Shown one piece after another: positions 8,701 to 19,511 of a stretch of 64,000 bases of DNA. This DNA comes from an uncultured bacterium. GTDB lineage: Bacteria; Oederibacteriota; PGYV01; Palsa-1178. Both the position numbers and the translations under genes were made by a program. The notes under the pieces are model-generated. The model saw nothing but the letters and a program-made list of their open reading frames with translations. It searched no databases and was not told the DNA's origin. The first letter of the stretch is position 1, and the number at the start of each line of letters is the position of its first letter. Location: contig CALAOR010000076.1 of the NCBI GenBank assembly GCA_937889595.1, forward strand, positions 159,783-223,782, in the 5' to 3' direction.

Positions 8701-9390
8701 TACATAAAGATAAGCCAGAAAGACACGTATGACCACGTAACGGTGCTGATAAAGGATTTTGCGGTGCTGCAGGCTGAAGAATATGTTCAAATGGTTATCT
8801 ATAACAGCTCGGGCGAGATAGTGCGGACGATAAGGAAAAACACTCCTCCGCCCGATGTGATGACGCTCACGGCCGCAGATGTCATGATAGTGGAAAAAAC
8901 AGGGAATGACATCACGATAAATTACGGGCCCGGGCCGGCTGATTACCTGAAATGGGACGGGAAAAATAACCAGGGCATAGTTGTCACGAGCGGAGTTTAT
9001 GAGGTGCAGTTGACTTCCAAGACCTTAAGCGGCAAGTCTGCTGTCGTGTCCAAAACAGTCTCGATACTTTCGAATGGAAATAAATATATGGGGGATATCA
9101 AGGCATATCCAAATCCATACCATGGCGGAGGCAGCTTGACATTTGAGTGGGTAAGCACGGGCGGTCTGGGCGAAATGACCATAAACATATATAACATAAA
9201 CGGGGAACTTATAAGGTCTCTGCGGAACCGCCTGGAAGCAGGAAGCCTGACATGGGACGGTTATACGTCCGCCAATGAATTGACCAGCCACGGATATTAC
9301 ATCTGTATATTCAATGCGAAGAACACCGACGGTTACGTGGTACAAAAGAAGCTGAAAATAGCTGTGCTGGCAAACGGTCCTAATTACTGA
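5770..9390 (+). CDS. giant surface protein, paralog 1: head domain + T-x-T linker + three FlgD-Ig/CTD-like modules
   Basis: The ORF track gives 5737..9390. GTG at 5770 is preferred: AAGGAAG RBS 9 nt upstream, and it yields signal peptide [34 protein letters not shown]11-like repeats are present ([12 protein letters not shown]...ITDVVPPN; YDTVPTG). The linker spans ~7708-8425. The C-terminal modules include [36 protein letters not shown] and [41 protein letters not shown]. Confidence 0.8.
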   Translation: MRNFRLGNLRYLSGLFTFIMLLFIFAFPVFASPVSGLQIVSIVPASPTAGSIVAVTIRMDMGANTTDKLLIAFSNQASPQSCGSAGQLFVTHDLLTNGPPIPGPGGVNDGYQENSNTTNATIAYTWTMNITVPTTLTEGSTNYIIVGDREYSDNCGNWNTLVLHDQYDSVPFTVPFPVGSATLLKTAEASSAQAGDLVLFTIDYNVINSNNFVITDVVPPNCTMLEISYPGTPVTGAAGTPISWNLGNSTTRKRGKVWFLCRIAATAVVGQQIPNTAAYTLTPKDPGGILLTPAAGSSNPATVTIGAGFNLIKSESVTTATLGDTVTYAFDFQISGLSLKTFDSFDHAFTWHNNAGTAGIFTNDTDPVDPNNKVIHAHSGTSYNHYVKDSTLPGSAGQFCTGMIVSDLYIFPSTTNFNDGVVLFRDDGVVTNGCSYGVGISPDGPDGNTANAIWLQKYCNGVAFGTVGVVAVGSPAPVILSLTWYVVKILVTDIGGGQIRIQAKTWPRGTPEPNGWPLSYVDTAPLACGYAGVQAQLNNDDYYDNYRIFSANTVTNARLFDTVPTGITWMDGTGADAYHTDHVPASPASGTMVRWNFPGALTEYSGHIAWWGTVNSCSPITNRGSFDSDDVGAQTDSNTVVLNVYCGTPTFTPTYTVTSTPTYTRTSTPTYTPTFTFTATPTVTPSRTPTSTFTATPTPSYTPTFTDTATPTSTYTATPTRTATSTYTDTATPTSTFTATPTKTATSTYTDTVTPTNTISSDTPTNTKTYTPTFTATPTFTDTPTPSFTDTYTSTFTCTPTYTATPTYTKTSTATPTVTQTSVYTATVTPTITDTYTMTFTSTFTNTSTDTFTSTYTPTATPTRTPTPTFTETFTLSSTPTITPTMPPFPYLITLGVYNEAGELVRTIATKPASGAMSGAVFSIGGDIHATTLIPGNTPLSIYMPGIEIPETLGSAGTNFYWDGRTDGGQLVTPGPYYIKISQKDTYDHVTVLIKDFAVLQAEEYVQMVIYNSSGEIVRTIRKNTPPPDVMTLTAADVMIVEKTGNDITINYGPGPADYLKWDGKNNQGIVVTSGVYEVQLTSKTLSGKSAVVSKTVSILSNGNKYMGDIKAYPNPYHGGGSLTFEWVSTGGLGEMTINIYNINGELIRSLRNRLEAGSLTWDGYTSANELTSHGYYICIFNAKNTDGYVVQKKLKIAVLANGPNY
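7708..8425 (+). repeat. Thr-register low-complexity linker of paralog 1 (T at every second residue)
   Basis: ACN-NNN 6-nt periodicity. The peptide reads [35 protein letters not shown]... and contains 66-bp tandem units starting at 7885 and 7951. Confidence 0.9.
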
Positions 9391-9580
9391 CAAAACGGCC
9401 GCGCCCTGCGCTCACGAGTCGCTGCAAAAATTAAATTGTCAAAAAAATTCATCAAAATAATTATAAATGAAAATCGAACTGCGTATTTGGCCGTTGGAAT
9501 TTCGATAATGCTATCAAATTATAGGGATTGAACCGGTTAAAGCAAATGTTTCACATCGTAAAATCCGTTTTCAAAACTCA

Positions 9581-9609
9581 TTGACTTATTCAATTTATGC
9601 CTATATAAT
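9581..9609 (+). promoter_or_regulatory. sigma70-type promoter of paralog 2 (TTGACT-17-TATAAT)
   Basis: TTGACT at 9581-9586, 17-nt spacer, TATAAT at 9604-9609. Conserved TTTCACATCG lies 32 nt upstream of the -35, as in paralog 3. Confidence 0.7.
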
Positions 9610-9761
9610 ATATCGAAAATCAACAAAACCTTTCCGTATTTATTTTGTCATATATTTTATTAGTTTAGAAAAGGATTTAAAGTATTTTTTCTAAATAGGC
9701 TGATATTTATTTAAATGCCAATTATTGATGCTAAAAGTCCAGTGAAAAGCAGGTATACATA

Positions 9762-12700
9762 ATGAAGGTCAGATTCGGGTTAATAGCTGATTTTTTCAGG
9801 ATAGCAGTGATAACGGGCGTAATAAGTTTTTTCCCGGTAATATCCATATTTGCCGACGGCAAAATAATTTCTGTAACAATGATTCCCGCAAATCCCGGTT
9901 ACGGCGACCTTGCCGTGATTACAGTAAAGTTATGCGCTTCGGAGTATCAGCAGCCTGCCATCGCTTTGGCAGTTTCCACGTATAATACGCTCCAGGCTCC
10001 TGGTTCAGGCGGACAGGTTTTTCTGGTTGATGTCAACGGAATAGACGTCAAAGATGTCACGTTCCCAAGCGGCGGGGCGCTTGGATTAACATATACCGCC
10101 GTTGGAATCAGGACAAATGATTGCAATGACTGCGGCGCGGCGCCGGGTGTAAGTATGACCCTGACATATACCGTGCATATTCCCACTGCGGATTATTTCA
10201 CGTCATGCAATCCGACAAACCTTTATATACATGTTGGGGAGAGAAATTCAAACATGCAGACAAGCGATTGGCCGACGCTTAATGCCGCATGCCAGGGAAT
10301 GATAACGATCCCTATAGGCATACCCGCCTCAAATTTCAGCATAACAAAAAGATTTGAAGGGGTTCTGCAGGCAACCGGAGACCAGGTGCTTTTTGCCGTT
10401 GATTACTCTTACGGAGGTAACGGGGTTTTTACCATAACTGATCCGATACTTGTCGGAGGACAGTTTTCGCTGGTATCATACGGACCCACAAACAGCGCGG
10501 GGGTGGTTACTGTGAGCGCACCGTTATTAGGCGCGACATCAGGCACTTTTTCGTGGACATTCCCGTCAAGAGGAGGGGTGGCCGGAGCCCAGACCGGTAC
10601 AGTATGGATGCTGTTGAAATATAACGGCGCGACGCCGGTTGCGGGAACCGCATACACAGATACGGCGTCAGGCGTGCAGGGCGCCGCAAATCAGGATTCG
10701 TCAGCCACAATAACAGCAGGAATGCCCGCGATCTCAATACAAAAAAACGCGGCGGCAAGTTCAGTCTTATCCGGGACAAATATTACTTATATAATATCTT
10801 ATGATGTAAATGGCTATGCATTAAAAAATTTCCAGCCTTTTGATTCCATTACAGCCTCAACATATAACCACGCCACAGGCCCGCCCGTGGGCTGGAAATT
10901 TCTTCCAACAAGCGGCGGAGAATACGGCACGTGGACAATATCGGACCCGTGCAATACCGGAGGAAGGTTCATTACAGGCAGTTCGGTGTCCGCAACCTAT
11001 CCCGGCCTGTTGTTGGATGACGGGGATCCGACAAATTCATCCGACAGGTTTTGCGATGGGATGATAGTTTCCGACCTGTATATCCAGGACACCGGATATA
11101 TCGGCGCAGACGCTGAAATAATAATAAGGTCAAACGGCTATAATGACCCGGCCAATGGAAGGTCCTTGGGCGTTATCGCGTCCATAGACGAATTCCCTCA
11201 TCGTTTCATGATATCACAGTGCGGGGGCTCTGTGCAGTACTGCGGCAACAATACCGGTCCCGCGGGCTCATGGACAGATACACCGCAGGTCGGCAGGATC
11301 TCGGCAAAAAAATGGTACAGGGTAAGGGTCCTTGTGACCAATATAGCTGGCGGGCAGAGGATCCGCGCGAAAATATGGGCTAAAGGAGACCCGGAACCGG
11401 TGAACTGGGATATAGACTACAATAATACCTCCATAGGCACGAATGATTGGTTATGCGACGGCACAGGTACATACCCTGCGGATAATTGGAGGCCGGGAGT
11501 CAACCAGGAGACAAGCGATGTCGGAGGGGTGCAGGACTCATATGATAATTTTACCGTTTACGAAGCGAGGACAACGCCTGCGTCCACAAATGTTTATGAT
11601 ACAGTCCCCGCAAATGTGAATTATGGCGGTTGTTCAGGCGGATGTACGCCCGGCGGGGCGCCCGGCTCTGTGGTGCGGTGGAACCTTGGCAGTGTTTCCA
11701 TGACTTCGGGATCATATACCTGGTGGGGTCCTGTTTCCGGATGTGTCCCGGTTTCCAACCAGGCTTTGATCGGATTTACCGGGCTTGCGAGTATTGCCTC
11801 AAACTGGGTTGACACAGACGTGCTGTGCTGGAGCCCGACATTCACGCCGACCCTGACCTTTACTGTCACGCCCACAAAGGGAGGGACAAACACATACACG
11901 CCGACATTTACATACACCAGAACCTTCACACCCACGTTCACATACACTCCAACATACACCCCGACTTACACGAGGACAGCGACGCCTACATTCACATATA
12001 CAAGCACAGCGACGCCTACTTATACACCGACTTCAACGAGGACCGCAACGCCCACATACACGGATACAAACAGCCCCACGCCCACATACACGGCGACGCC
12101 GACCAGGACAGCCACATCCACTTATACGGATACGTCCACCCCTACATCCACATACACGGCAACTCCGACCAGGACAGGCACATCCACTTATACGGATACG
12201 GCCACCCCCACATCCACATACACGGCAACTCCGACCAGGACAGCCACATCCACTTATACTTCCACGTCCACTCCCACAAACACCATATCTTCAGACACCC
12301 CGACAAACACAAAAACATACACGCCTACTTTCACGGCCACCCCGACTTTTACAGATACGCCCACGCCGTCTTTTACCAACACATACACTTCGACTTTTAC
12401 GTGCACACCTACATATACCGCGACGCCCACATATACCAAAACGAGTACTGCAACGCCTACTGTTACCCAAACAGACGTATTCACCGCGACGGTCACGCCG
12501 ACTATTACGGATACATATACCATGACATTTACCCGTACTTTCACCAATACAAGCACTGATACGTTTACATCCACATACACGCCCACTGCAACGCCGACCC
12601 GCACCCAGACACCTACATTTACCCAGACATATACGTTATCGTCCACGCCAACTATAACCGCGACCATTCCGCCTTTCCCGTACTTGATAACACTCGGGGT

Positions 12701-13634
12701 ATATAATGAAGCTGGCGAGCTGGTGCGCACCATCGCGACTAAGCCGGCCTCGACCGCCATGTCAGGCGCTGTATTCTCAATTGGCGGGGATATACATGCG
12801 ACCACGCTGATACCGGGCGGCACGCCTCTTTCCATATACATGCCGGGCATTGAAATACCGGAAACCCTGGGCAGCGTAGGCACTACTTTTAACTGGGACG
12901 GAAGGACCGACGGGGGCCAGCCAGTGACTCCGGGGCCTTATTACATAAAGATAAGCCAGAAAGACACATATGATCACGTAATGGTGCTGATAAAGGATTT
13001 TGCGGTGCTGCAGGTTGAACAATATGTTCAAATGGTGATCTATAACAGCTCTGGCGAGATAGTGCGGACGATAAGGAAAGACACCCGCCCGCCCGATGTG
13101 ATGACGCTCACAACAGCCGATGTCATAGTAGTGAAAAAAACAGGGAGTGACATCATGATAAATTACGGGCCCGGGTCAGTTGAATACTTAAAGTGGGACG
13201 GGAAAAACAGCCAAGGCATGGCTGTTACAAGCGGGACTTATGAGGTGCAGCTGACATCCAGGACCTTAAGCGGCAATGTTTCCGTCGTTTCAAAAACAGT
13301 CAATATACTTTCCGAGGGAAATAGTAAATACGTGGGGGATATCAAGGCATATCCAAATCCGTACCATGGCGGAGGCAGCATGACATTTGAGTGGGTAAGC
13401 ACGGGCAGCCTGGGCGAAATGACCATAAACATATATAACATAAACGGAGAACTTATAAGGTCTTTGCGGAACCGCCTGGAAGCAGGAAGCCTGACATGGG
13501 ACGGTTATACATCCGGCAATGAATTGACCAGCCACGGATATTACATCTGCATATTCACCGCGAAGAACACCGACGGCTACGTGGTACAAAAGAAACTGAA
13601 AATAGCTGTGCTGGCAAACGGTCCTGATTACTGA
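9762..13634 (+). CDS. giant surface protein, paralog 2
   Basis: 1290 aa with signal-like N-terminus. The head is homologous to paralogs 3 and 4N ([16 protein letters not shown]..., [72 protein letters not shown]). The linker spans ~11833-12665. The C-terminal 3-module block is nearly identical to paralog 1. Confidence 0.85.
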   Translation: MKVRFGLIADFFRIAVITGVISFFPVISIFADGKIISVTMIPANPGYGDLAVITVKLCASEYQQPAIALAVSTYNTLQAPGSGGQVFLVDVNGIDVKDVTFPSGGALGLTYTAVGIRTNDCNDCGAAPGVSMTLTYTVHIPTADYFTSCNPTNLYIHVGERNSNMQTSDWPTLNAACQGMITIPIGIPASNFSITKRFEGVLQATGDQVLFAVDYSYGGNGVFTITDPILVGGQFSLVSYGPTNSAGVVTVSAPLLGATSGTFSWTFPSRGGVAGAQTGTVWMLLKYNGATPVAGTAYTDTASGVQGAANQDSSATITAGMPAISIQKNAAASSVLSGTNITYIISYDVNGYALKNFQPFDSITASTYNHATGPPVGWKFLPTSGGEYGTWTISDPCNTGGRFITGSSVSATYPGLLLDDGDPTNSSDRFCDGMIVSDLYIQDTGYIGADAEIIIRSNGYNDPANGRSLGVIASIDEFPHRFMISQCGGSVQYCGNNTGPAGSWTDTPQVGRISAKKWYRVRVLVTNIAGGQRIRAKIWAKGDPEPVNWDIDYNNTSIGTNDWLCDGTGTYPADNWRPGVNQETSDVGGVQDSYDNFTVYEARTTPASTNVYDTVPANVNYGGCSGGCTPGGAPGSVVRWNLGSVSMTSGSYTWWGPVSGCVPVSNQALIGFTGLASIASNWVDTDVLCWSPTFTPTLTFTVTPTKGGTNTYTPTFTYTRTFTPTFTYTPTYTPTYTRTATPTFTYTSTATPTYTPTSTRTATPTYTDTNSPTPTYTATPTRTATSTYTDTSTPTSTYTATPTRTGTSTYTDTATPTSTYTATPTRTATSTYTSTSTPTNTISSDTPTNTKTYTPTFTATPTFTDTPTPSFTNTYTSTFTCTPTYTATPTYTKTSTATPTVTQTDVFTATVTPTITDTYTMTFTRTFTNTSTDTFTSTYTPTATPTRTQTPTFTQTYTLSSTPTITATIPPFPYLITLGVYNEAGELVRTIATKPASTAMSGAVFSIGGDIHATTLIPGGTPLSIYMPGIEIPETLGSVGTTFNWDGRTDGGQPVTPGPYYIKISQKDTYDHVMVLIKDFAVLQVEQYVQMVIYNSSGEIVRTIRKDTRPPDVMTLTTADVIVVKKTGSDIMINYGPGSVEYLKWDGKNSQGMAVTSGTYEVQLTSRTLSGNVSVVSKTVNILSEGNSKYVGDIKAYPNPYHGGGSMTFEWVSTGSLGEMTINIYNINGELIRSLRNRLEAGSLTWDGYTSGNELTSHGYYICIFTAKNTDGYVVQKKLKIAVLANGPDY
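11833..12665 (+). repeat. Thr-register linker of paralog 2, including three 66-bp tandem units
   Basis: T-x-T-x peptide register. 66-bp (22-aa) units start at 12060, 12126 and 12192, with a partial unit at 12258. Confidence 0.9.
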
Positions 13635-13763
13635 CAAAACGGCCGCGAACCACTTGTGCCCGGGCTTTTATCGTTGTAAAGCAAAAATCATCAACCGACC
13701 AAATCATATTTCGTATAAAATACTTCATACAAAATCCACCCGCACAGATCACAATTTGCGGCA

Positions 13764-13801
13764 TTGACAATACGTACGCTTTATGGTACGCTTTCAAGTA
13801 C
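13764..13801 (+). promoter_or_regulatory. candidate yefM-yoeB promoter/operator: TTGACA plus three GTAC cores at 12-bp spacing
   Basis: TTGACA at 13764-13769. GTAC at 13774, 13786 and 13798, within the direct repeats GTACGCTTT, GTACGCTTT and GTACGAGG. TACGCT lies 17 nt after the -35. Confidence 0.5.
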
Positions 13802-13813
13802 GAGGTGACACAT

Positions 13814-14056
13814 ATGACAACTTTAACCGCAAGCCAAGCCAGGGCATCGTTATATAAGCTTATGGATACAGTATCTAAAAGCCATGAACCGGTCCAAATA
13901 ACAGGGAAGCGCAGTAATGCCATGCTCATTTCAGAAGAAGACTGGTGTGCAATTCAGGAAACCTTGTACTTAACTTCAATTCCAGGTATGAGGGATTCAA
14001 TCGTAAAAGGGATGAAAACGCCCGTTAAAAAGCTTGCCAAGGAAATCAAGTGGTAA
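13814..14056 (+). CDS. yefM: Phd/YefM-family antitoxin
   Basis: MTTLTASQARASLYKLMDTVSKSHEPVQITGKRSNAMLISEEDWCAIQETLYL is typical of YefM. GAGGTG RBS precedes ATG 13814 (the ORF track starts at GTG 13805). It overlaps the toxin start. Confidence 0.85.
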   Translation: MTTLTASQARASLYKLMDTVSKSHEPVQITGKRSNAMLISEEDWCAIQETLYLTSIPGMRDSIVKGMKTPVKKLAKEIKW

Positions 14057-14316
14057 ATTGGCGGCTTGTTTATACCAAACAGGCTCAAAAAGACGCCAAA
14101 AAGATCAAACAATCCGGTTTGAAAGATAAGGCGGAAGAACTTCTGCGCATTATAGAAAAATCGCCCTTTACCAATCCGCCGCCATATGAAAAACTTATTG
14201 GAGACTTATCCGGGGCATATTCCCGCAGAATTAACATCCAGCACAGGCTTGTTTATCAGGTGTTAAAGAATATCAAAATTGTAAAAGTTTTACGTTTGTG
14301 GACCCACTATGACTGA
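14050..14316 (+). CDS. yoeB: Txe/YoeB-family toxin (mRNA interferase)
   Basis: The GTG start overlaps the yefM stop. 88 aa with YoeB-like LSGAYSRRINIQHRLVYQV......VLRLWTHY. Confidence 0.85.
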   Translation: MVNWRLVYTKQAQKDAKKIKQSGLKDKAEELLRIIEKSPFTNPPPYEKLIGDLSGAYSRRINIQHRLVYQVLKNIKIVKVLRLWTHYD

Positions 14317-14321
14317 TGTAA

Positions 14322-14513
14322 TATACAAATACAATAAACGGCAGGCAGGTATGGTCGCGGGATTTGGGAGTGCAGGACACGACTGCGGGTGTTAATAGGA
14401 TGGTTTGGAACGGCATAAATGCCAGCGGCAGGCAGGTGGCAAACGGGGTGTATTTGTTTATCATACAGGCGGATAATAAGACGGTGAAAAAGAAGATTGC
14501 CATAGTGCGGTGA
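14322..14513 (+). pseudogene. orphan 3' remnant of a FlgD-Ig/CTD-type surface-protein gene
   Basis: A start-less 64-codon frame reads YTNTINGRQVWSRDLGVQDTTAGVNRMVWNGINASGRQVANGVYLFIIQADNKTVKKKIAIVR*. This matches the last module of the CTD proteins in this window. It opens directly after the yoeB stop. Confidence 0.7.
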
Positions 14514-14534
14514 TATAGTTGTTTATAATTGTAT

Positions 14535-14583
14535 GTAGCGGCCAAATATAAAGTCCTGAGCATGTCGAAGGATAATTCGGCCG
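14535..14583 (+). repeat. GTAG-headed REP variant (class C, long imperfect hairpin)
   Basis: GTAG then CGGCCAAATATAAAGTCC-TGAGCATGTCGA-AGGATAATTCGGCCG. A close copy lies at 19026-19074. Confidence 0.7.
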
Positions 14584-14642
14584 ATAGCGGATGGCGGGTA
14601 GGTTTGTCGCCGTTGTAAAACAAAAAATCAACAGCCAACTGC

Positions 14643-14667
14643 TTGGCGGCATGATATGCCGCCACTA
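14643..14667 (-). repeat. solitary REP-A copy in inverted orientation
   Basis: TGGCGGCATGATATGCCGCCACTAC is the reverse complement of the GTAG + GTGGCGGCAT hairpin found at 4457. Confidence 0.8.
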
Positions 14668-14762
14668 CATGACAGGTTCAATGCCTATTTATGACTCTTT
14701 CTCGCTGTTTTGAACCGGTTTTTATGTTTGTTTCACATCGCAAAACCAACTTATTACAATTG

Positions 14763-14791
14763 TTGACTAATTTTATTTAAACGTATATAAT
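14763..14791 (+). promoter_or_regulatory. sigma70-type promoter of paralog 3 (TTGACT-17-TATAAT)
   Basis: TTGACT at 14763-14768, 17-nt spacer, TATAAT at 14786-14791. It is flanked by AACCGGTT (14713-14720) and TTAACCGGTTAA (14840-14851). Confidence 0.7.
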
Positions 14792-14885
14792 CTTATTAAA
14801 ATAAAGCGAAACTTTGGGACTTTTATATTGTCATAATGTTTAACCGGTTAAGTTATTATCTATAAAGAATTTAGGGAGATACTGA

Positions 14886-17800
14886 ATGAAAATAGGGCTA
14901 AAGAAAATATATAATACAAAAGCATTTTTTGTTTTTATATTTTTTATTATGCTGTTCATAAACACATCACTATTTGCCGGCGCTTCAAAAATAGTGTCCG
15001 TCAGTATAGTACCCACAAATCCGAGCTATGGCGATCTTGTGCGGGTTACGATTAATTTGTGCGCGTCAAACAACGATACTCCATACCTATCTGTGGCGGT
15101 CTCAACCCAGGGAACCCCGGAAACAGCCGGAGCCGGCGGGCAGGTATTTGTGGTGGACGGATACGGCATAGACAGGAAAGACGTTACTTTCGCGGATCCA
15201 CAGAAAGTAGGGCGTATTCAAACCGCGATAAATGAACCTTATCCATACACAAACCTGACATGTACGGATTGCGCGGCAGCAGCGGGTTTGCCGCAGACAT
15301 ATCAATTTGATTTTCATATGCCTACAGCTGATTATTTTTCGTCGGTTTGCAATCCCACAAGCCTGTATATAGTAGTCGGGCAAAGAGGCAACAATCTGGG
15401 AGCCAGCGACTGGTCCAGTCTTGCGCCCGGCTGCACAAGTCCTGACCAGGGGTATGTGGCTGTGCCGGTTCCCATGTTACCACCGCCGCCCAGCAACAGT
15501 ATTACAAAGAGGTTTGAAGGCACATTAGCGGCAGTGGGGGATGAAGTATTATTTGCCATAGATTACAGCTACGGCGGATCCGGAGCATTTACAATAACCG
15601 ACCCAGTGCCTGGCGGAGGGGATTTTACAGTTGTATCATACGGCCCCACAAGCATACCCGGAGGTTCAGTCACGGCGCCGGGGGCAACCGCAGTATGGAA
15701 CTTCCCGAGCAGGGGTGCTGCTGCTCCGGGAATGGCATCAGGAACGGTCTGGATGCTTTTAAGATTGAACACATACACCTCAGGAAAAGTTTATACAAAC
15801 ACCGCAACAGCGACCCAGCCCGGAGTTACAACTACGCAATCATCTGTGCCTGTGACGTCCGGCGCTCCCGCAATATCAATATCAAAATCCGAAAGTGTGG
15901 CCTCGCTGCTTGCGGGTAGTAAGATAACTTACGTGCTTTCATATGATATTAACGGATTTGCCCTTAAGGATTTCGCTCCATTTGATAATATCCCGGGCGG
16001 CACTTATACTTCCGCTACAGGTCCTCCTCCGGGATGGCTGTACTCGCCTTATAAGGCAACCGGGCCGGGAACGTGGACAGTAAAGGACCCGTGTGCTACA
16101 GGCGGTTCATACATTACAGGGAGCGATGCCGCGACCACATATCCGGCTTTATTGCTTAATGATGGGATTGCGGGTAATACCGTTGACGCGTTCTGTACGG
16201 GCATGATCGTTTCTGATTTTTATATCGAGGACTCGGCTTACAGCGGTGCTGATGCACAGATAATCATAAGATCAAATAACCTTGCCGATCCAAACGGCAG
16301 GTCCATAGGAGTGACAGCTTCAATAGATGTAAACCCTGCAGTTTTATTTATTTCCCAATGCGGTACGGGAAATACGCTGGGATGTGGCAGTATTATAGCG
16401 GCAGATACAGGTTCTTATACAAATACACCGAGCATAGGACTGATTTCGGCTAAAAAGTGGTACAGGATGAGGATTCTTGTGACCAACGTCGGAACCGGCC
16501 AGCAGATACAGGCTAAGGTCTGGGCGCGCGGAGACCCGGAACCGACAGCATATGACTTAAATTGGACTATACCGAATATAGGCCCTGGCGGAGACACCAA
16601 CTGGGACTGTAACGGAACAGGAGCAATATCCAATGACGGCTGGAGGCCTGGAGTCGGACAGCAAACCGGCGACGGCGCCGGAGTGCAGGATTCATACGAT
16701 AACTTCACGGTTTACGCACCGAGGAATACGCAGGCAAATACGGCGGTTTATGATACAGTCCCCGCAGGAATAATAAATCCCGGCTCAAATGCGGATTGTA
16801 CCATTGGGAGCGGTATAGTAAACTGCGCAATAGGCTCTGTATCGCTAAAGTCAGGTTCATTCACATGGTGGGGTACTGCAAATACCTGCAATTCCACCAT
16901 ATCAAATCAGGCACTGATATTTTATAGCGCAAATTCCGCTCCTATCGCCTCCAACTGGGTAGCTGCGGATGTGCTTTGCTGGAGCCCCACTTTCACTCCG
17001 ACCAGGACCAATACTGTTACGCCCACTTTGGGGGGGACTCCCTCATACACGCCGACATTCACAGTAACCAAAACATTCACTCCCACGTTCACATACACTC
17101 CCACATACACCTCAACTTTTACGAGGACCGCGACGCCAACATTCACATATACAAGCACGTTTACGTCCACATATACCCCGACATCCACGAGGACCGCGAC
17201 GCCCACATACACAAATACAAACAGCCCCACGCCCACATACACGGCGACACCCACGAGGACCCCGACGCCCACATACACAAATACAAACAGCCCGACGCCC
17301 ACATACACGGCGACGTCCACGAGGACCGCGACGCCCACGTACACAAATACAAACAGCCCGACGCCTACATACACCGCAACTTCCACATTTACCGCGACGC
17401 CCACGCAGTCTTTTACCCCCACATTCACTTCCACGCGCACTCCCACACCTACATTTACAGCCACGCCCACAATGTCGGATACAAAGACTTATACGCCTAC
17501 TTTCACCGCCACTGACACCATATCCTCAAATACGCCGACAGTCACAAAAACATACACGCCTACGTTCACGGCAACCCCGACTTTTACCGCGACGCCAACC
17601 AATTCTTTTACCAGCACATACACCTCGACTTTTACCTATACCCCGACATATACAGCGACACCCACGAATTCGTTCACGCGGACCGTGACGCCGACTGTTA
17701 CCGAAACAAGCATAAATACAGCCACAAATACGCCGACTATAACGAAAACCTATACATCCACCTCTACCTTTACTGATACGCCTACGTACACTGCCACCAA

Positions 17801-19001
17801 AACAATAACACCCACGGTCACTAATACGCCTGTAAACACGAGCACGGACACGCCCACCAACACGCCGACTTTTACCGCGAGCCCGACTTATACGCCGACT
17901 GACACGCCGACTTATACCAGCACTTTTACAAATACATACACTGATACGTTCACATACACATGTACAGCCACTCCCACTTTCACTTCTACCGTTACCCCGA
18001 CTTTTACCCAAACATGGACTTCTTCCGCAACGCCTACTATAACCCCGACTATTCCTCCGTTTCCCTACATGCTCATACTTGGTGTGTATAACGAAGCGGG
18101 AGAGCTTGTGCGCACAATCGCGTCTTCGCCGGTTTCACAGTCCATGACGGCCCCTATATACTCGATCGGGACAGATACAAACCCGACAACATTGGTGCCT
18201 GGCGGCACGCCCCTTTCCATATACATGCCGGGCATAACAACCCCTGATAATGTGGGCGCTGTAGGAACTACTTTCAGCTGGGACGGAATAAACGACGCGG
18301 GACAGCCCGTATCATCGGGCAATTATTACATTAAAATAACCCAGAGAGACACGTATGACCACACGATAGTGCTGATAAAGGAAATTTCCGTGCTTCAAGC
18401 GGTGGAATATGTTGAATTGACCATATATAACAGCGCGGGCGAACTCGTGCGTACCATAAGGAAATACACTACGGCGCCCGACAAGGTGGTCCTGAAAACC
18501 GACGATATTATGATAGTGAAAAAAACCGGCAGTGATATCACCATAAATTACGGGCCGGGCATAACTGATTACATAAAGTGGGACGGGAAAAACGACCAGG
18601 GCGTTGTAGTTAAAAGCGGAGCTTATGAAATAAAGGTGACTTCGAAGACCATGGCCGGCGCAGTGGCGGTCGCGGCAAAAACAGTAATGGTACTCGTGGA
18701 GGGAAGCGATTATCTGGGCGATATAAAGGCATATCCAAACCCGTATCACAGGGCGGGTAGCATGGTTTTCGCGTGGACAGGCGTTGGTATCGGCGTGATT
18801 AACGTGGACATAATTAATATAAATGGAGAGCTTGTAAGGTCGCTTCAGGGCAGGATAGAATCAGGCACCCTGACATGGAATGGAAAAACGTTAGCCGGGC
18901 AGAAAATCGGCTACGGATATTACATATGTGTATTCAAGGCGGTTAATATAGAAGGTTATGTACAGCATAAGACGTTAAAAATCGCAATAATGGGGAAATG
19001 A
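14886..19001 (+). CDS. giant surface protein, paralog 3
   Basis: GGGAG RBS. 1371 aa with signal peptide. The head is colinear with paralog 2. The linker spans ~16983-18050. Three C-terminal FlgD-Ig/CTD-like modules are present ([76 protein letters not shown]). Confidence 0.85.
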   Translation: MKIGLKKIYNTKAFFVFIFFIMLFINTSLFAGASKIVSVSIVPTNPSYGDLVRVTINLCASNNDTPYLSVAVSTQGTPETAGAGGQVFVVDGYGIDRKDVTFADPQKVGRIQTAINEPYPYTNLTCTDCAAAAGLPQTYQFDFHMPTADYFSSVCNPTSLYIVVGQRGNNLGASDWSSLAPGCTSPDQGYVAVPVPMLPPPPSNSITKRFEGTLAAVGDEVLFAIDYSYGGSGAFTITDPVPGGGDFTVVSYGPTSIPGGSVTAPGATAVWNFPSRGAAAPGMASGTVWMLLRLNTYTSGKVYTNTATATQPGVTTTQSSVPVTSGAPAISISKSESVASLLAGSKITYVLSYDINGFALKDFAPFDNIPGGTYTSATGPPPGWLYSPYKATGPGTWTVKDPCATGGSYITGSDAATTYPALLLNDGIAGNTVDAFCTGMIVSDFYIEDSAYSGADAQIIIRSNNLADPNGRSIGVTASIDVNPAVLFISQCGTGNTLGCGSIIAADTGSYTNTPSIGLISAKKWYRMRILVTNVGTGQQIQAKVWARGDPEPTAYDLNWTIPNIGPGGDTNWDCNGTGAISNDGWRPGVGQQTGDGAGVQDSYDNFTVYAPRNTQANTAVYDTVPAGIINPGSNADCTIGSGIVNCAIGSVSLKSGSFTWWGTANTCNSTISNQALIFYSANSAPIASNWVAADVLCWSPTFTPTRTNTVTPTLGGTPSYTPTFTVTKTFTPTFTYTPTYTSTFTRTATPTFTYTSTFTSTYTPTSTRTATPTYTNTNSPTPTYTATPTRTPTPTYTNTNSPTPTYTATSTRTATPTYTNTNSPTPTYTATSTFTATPTQSFTPTFTSTRTPTPTFTATPTMSDTKTYTPTFTATDTISSNTPTVTKTYTPTFTATPTFTATPTNSFTSTYTSTFTYTPTYTATPTNSFTRTVTPTVTETSINTATNTPTITKTYTSTSTFTDTPTYTATKTITPTVTNTPVNTSTDTPTNTPTFTASPTYTPTDTPTYTSTFTNTYTDTFTYTCTATPTFTSTVTPTFTQTWTSSATPTITPTIPPFPYMLILGVYNEAGELVRTIASSPVSQSMTAPIYSIGTDTNPTTLVPGGTPLSIYMPGITTPDNVGAVGTTFSWDGINDAGQPVSSGNYYIKITQRDTYDHTIVLIKEISVLQAVEYVELTIYNSAGELVRTIRKYTTAPDKVVLKTDDIMIVKKTGSDITINYGPGITDYIKWDGKNDQGVVVKSGAYEIKVTSKTMAGAVAVAAKTVMVLVEGSDYLGDIKAYPNPYHRAGSMVFAWTGVGIGVINVDIININGELVRSLQGRIESGTLTWNGKTLAGQKIGYGYYICVFKAVNIEGYVQHKTLKIAIMGK
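16983..18050 (+). repeat. Thr-register linker of paralog 3 (~356 aa), including three 66-bp tandem units
   Basis: 66-bp units start at 17187, 17253 and 17319, each encoding TRT(A/P)[17 protein letters not shown](P/S). The T-x-T-x register runs throughout. Confidence 0.9.
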
Positions 19002-19025
19002 TATTCAGGTTTTAAGACCTTTCGT

Positions 19026-19074
19026 GTAGTGGCAGAATATAAAATCCTGAGCATGTCGAAGGATTATTCGGCCA
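19026..19074 (+). repeat. GTAG-headed REP variant (class C) 25 nt after the paralog 3 stop
   Basis: GTAG then TGGCAGAATATAAAATCC-TGAGCATGTCGA-AGGATTATTCGGCCA. Homologous to 14535-14583. Confidence 0.7.
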
Positions 19075-19267
19075 ACCGCAGCAGGTCGCCTTGTCTGGGG
19101 TATAAATATTCCGCCGGTATAAAACAAAAAAAACAAGAACAGCCTGCCTATGGCGGGTTGGTCAGTATTTGGCTATGTAGGCGCAACTTTTAGTCGTAAC
19201 GCTTTGCTTATACGGACTACAGGGTTGCGGATATTGATTGAAACGATGATAGCAGATGGATGCACAC

Positions 19268-19471
19268 AGGAAAGAAATAATCAGCAAAACAAACAAAACA
19301 ATAACGAAACCGCATAGAGAGGCTGCTGAAATATGAGCTTGTCGAATGTTGCTGCCTCTCTGATGCGGGGTTGTAACGCAGGATGTGAAACAGCAGGCCG
19401 CAAACAGCCGTTGAAACATGCAAAGGCCGTTTATTAAAGCCGTGGTGAGCGGCAGCAAGCAGCCGCTCTAC
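19268..19471 (+). repeat. REPIN copy A upstream of RAYT-2 (carries an orphan copy of the gene's 3' end)
   Basis: Homologous to 20008-20189. It contains (A)TAG + GAGAGGC...GCCTCTC, with a ~22-nt loop insertion, and GAGCGGC-AGCAAGCA-GCCGCTC + TAC (minus-strand GTAG at 19471-19468). Confidence 0.8.
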
Positions 19472-19511
19472 TGTGGGTGTAATAATTTAACACAAAAACT
19501 GAGGGGTTTTT

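Noticed and set aside
11825-12559. Plus-strand alternative-frame ORFs rich in H/I/Y/D (HIHLYGY...) within the linkers: 7704..7955, 11825..12559 and 16976..17515.
   Set aside because: They are frame-shifted readings of the same 6-nt periodic DNA. They are low-complexity, have no independent start signals and are embedded in the real genes.
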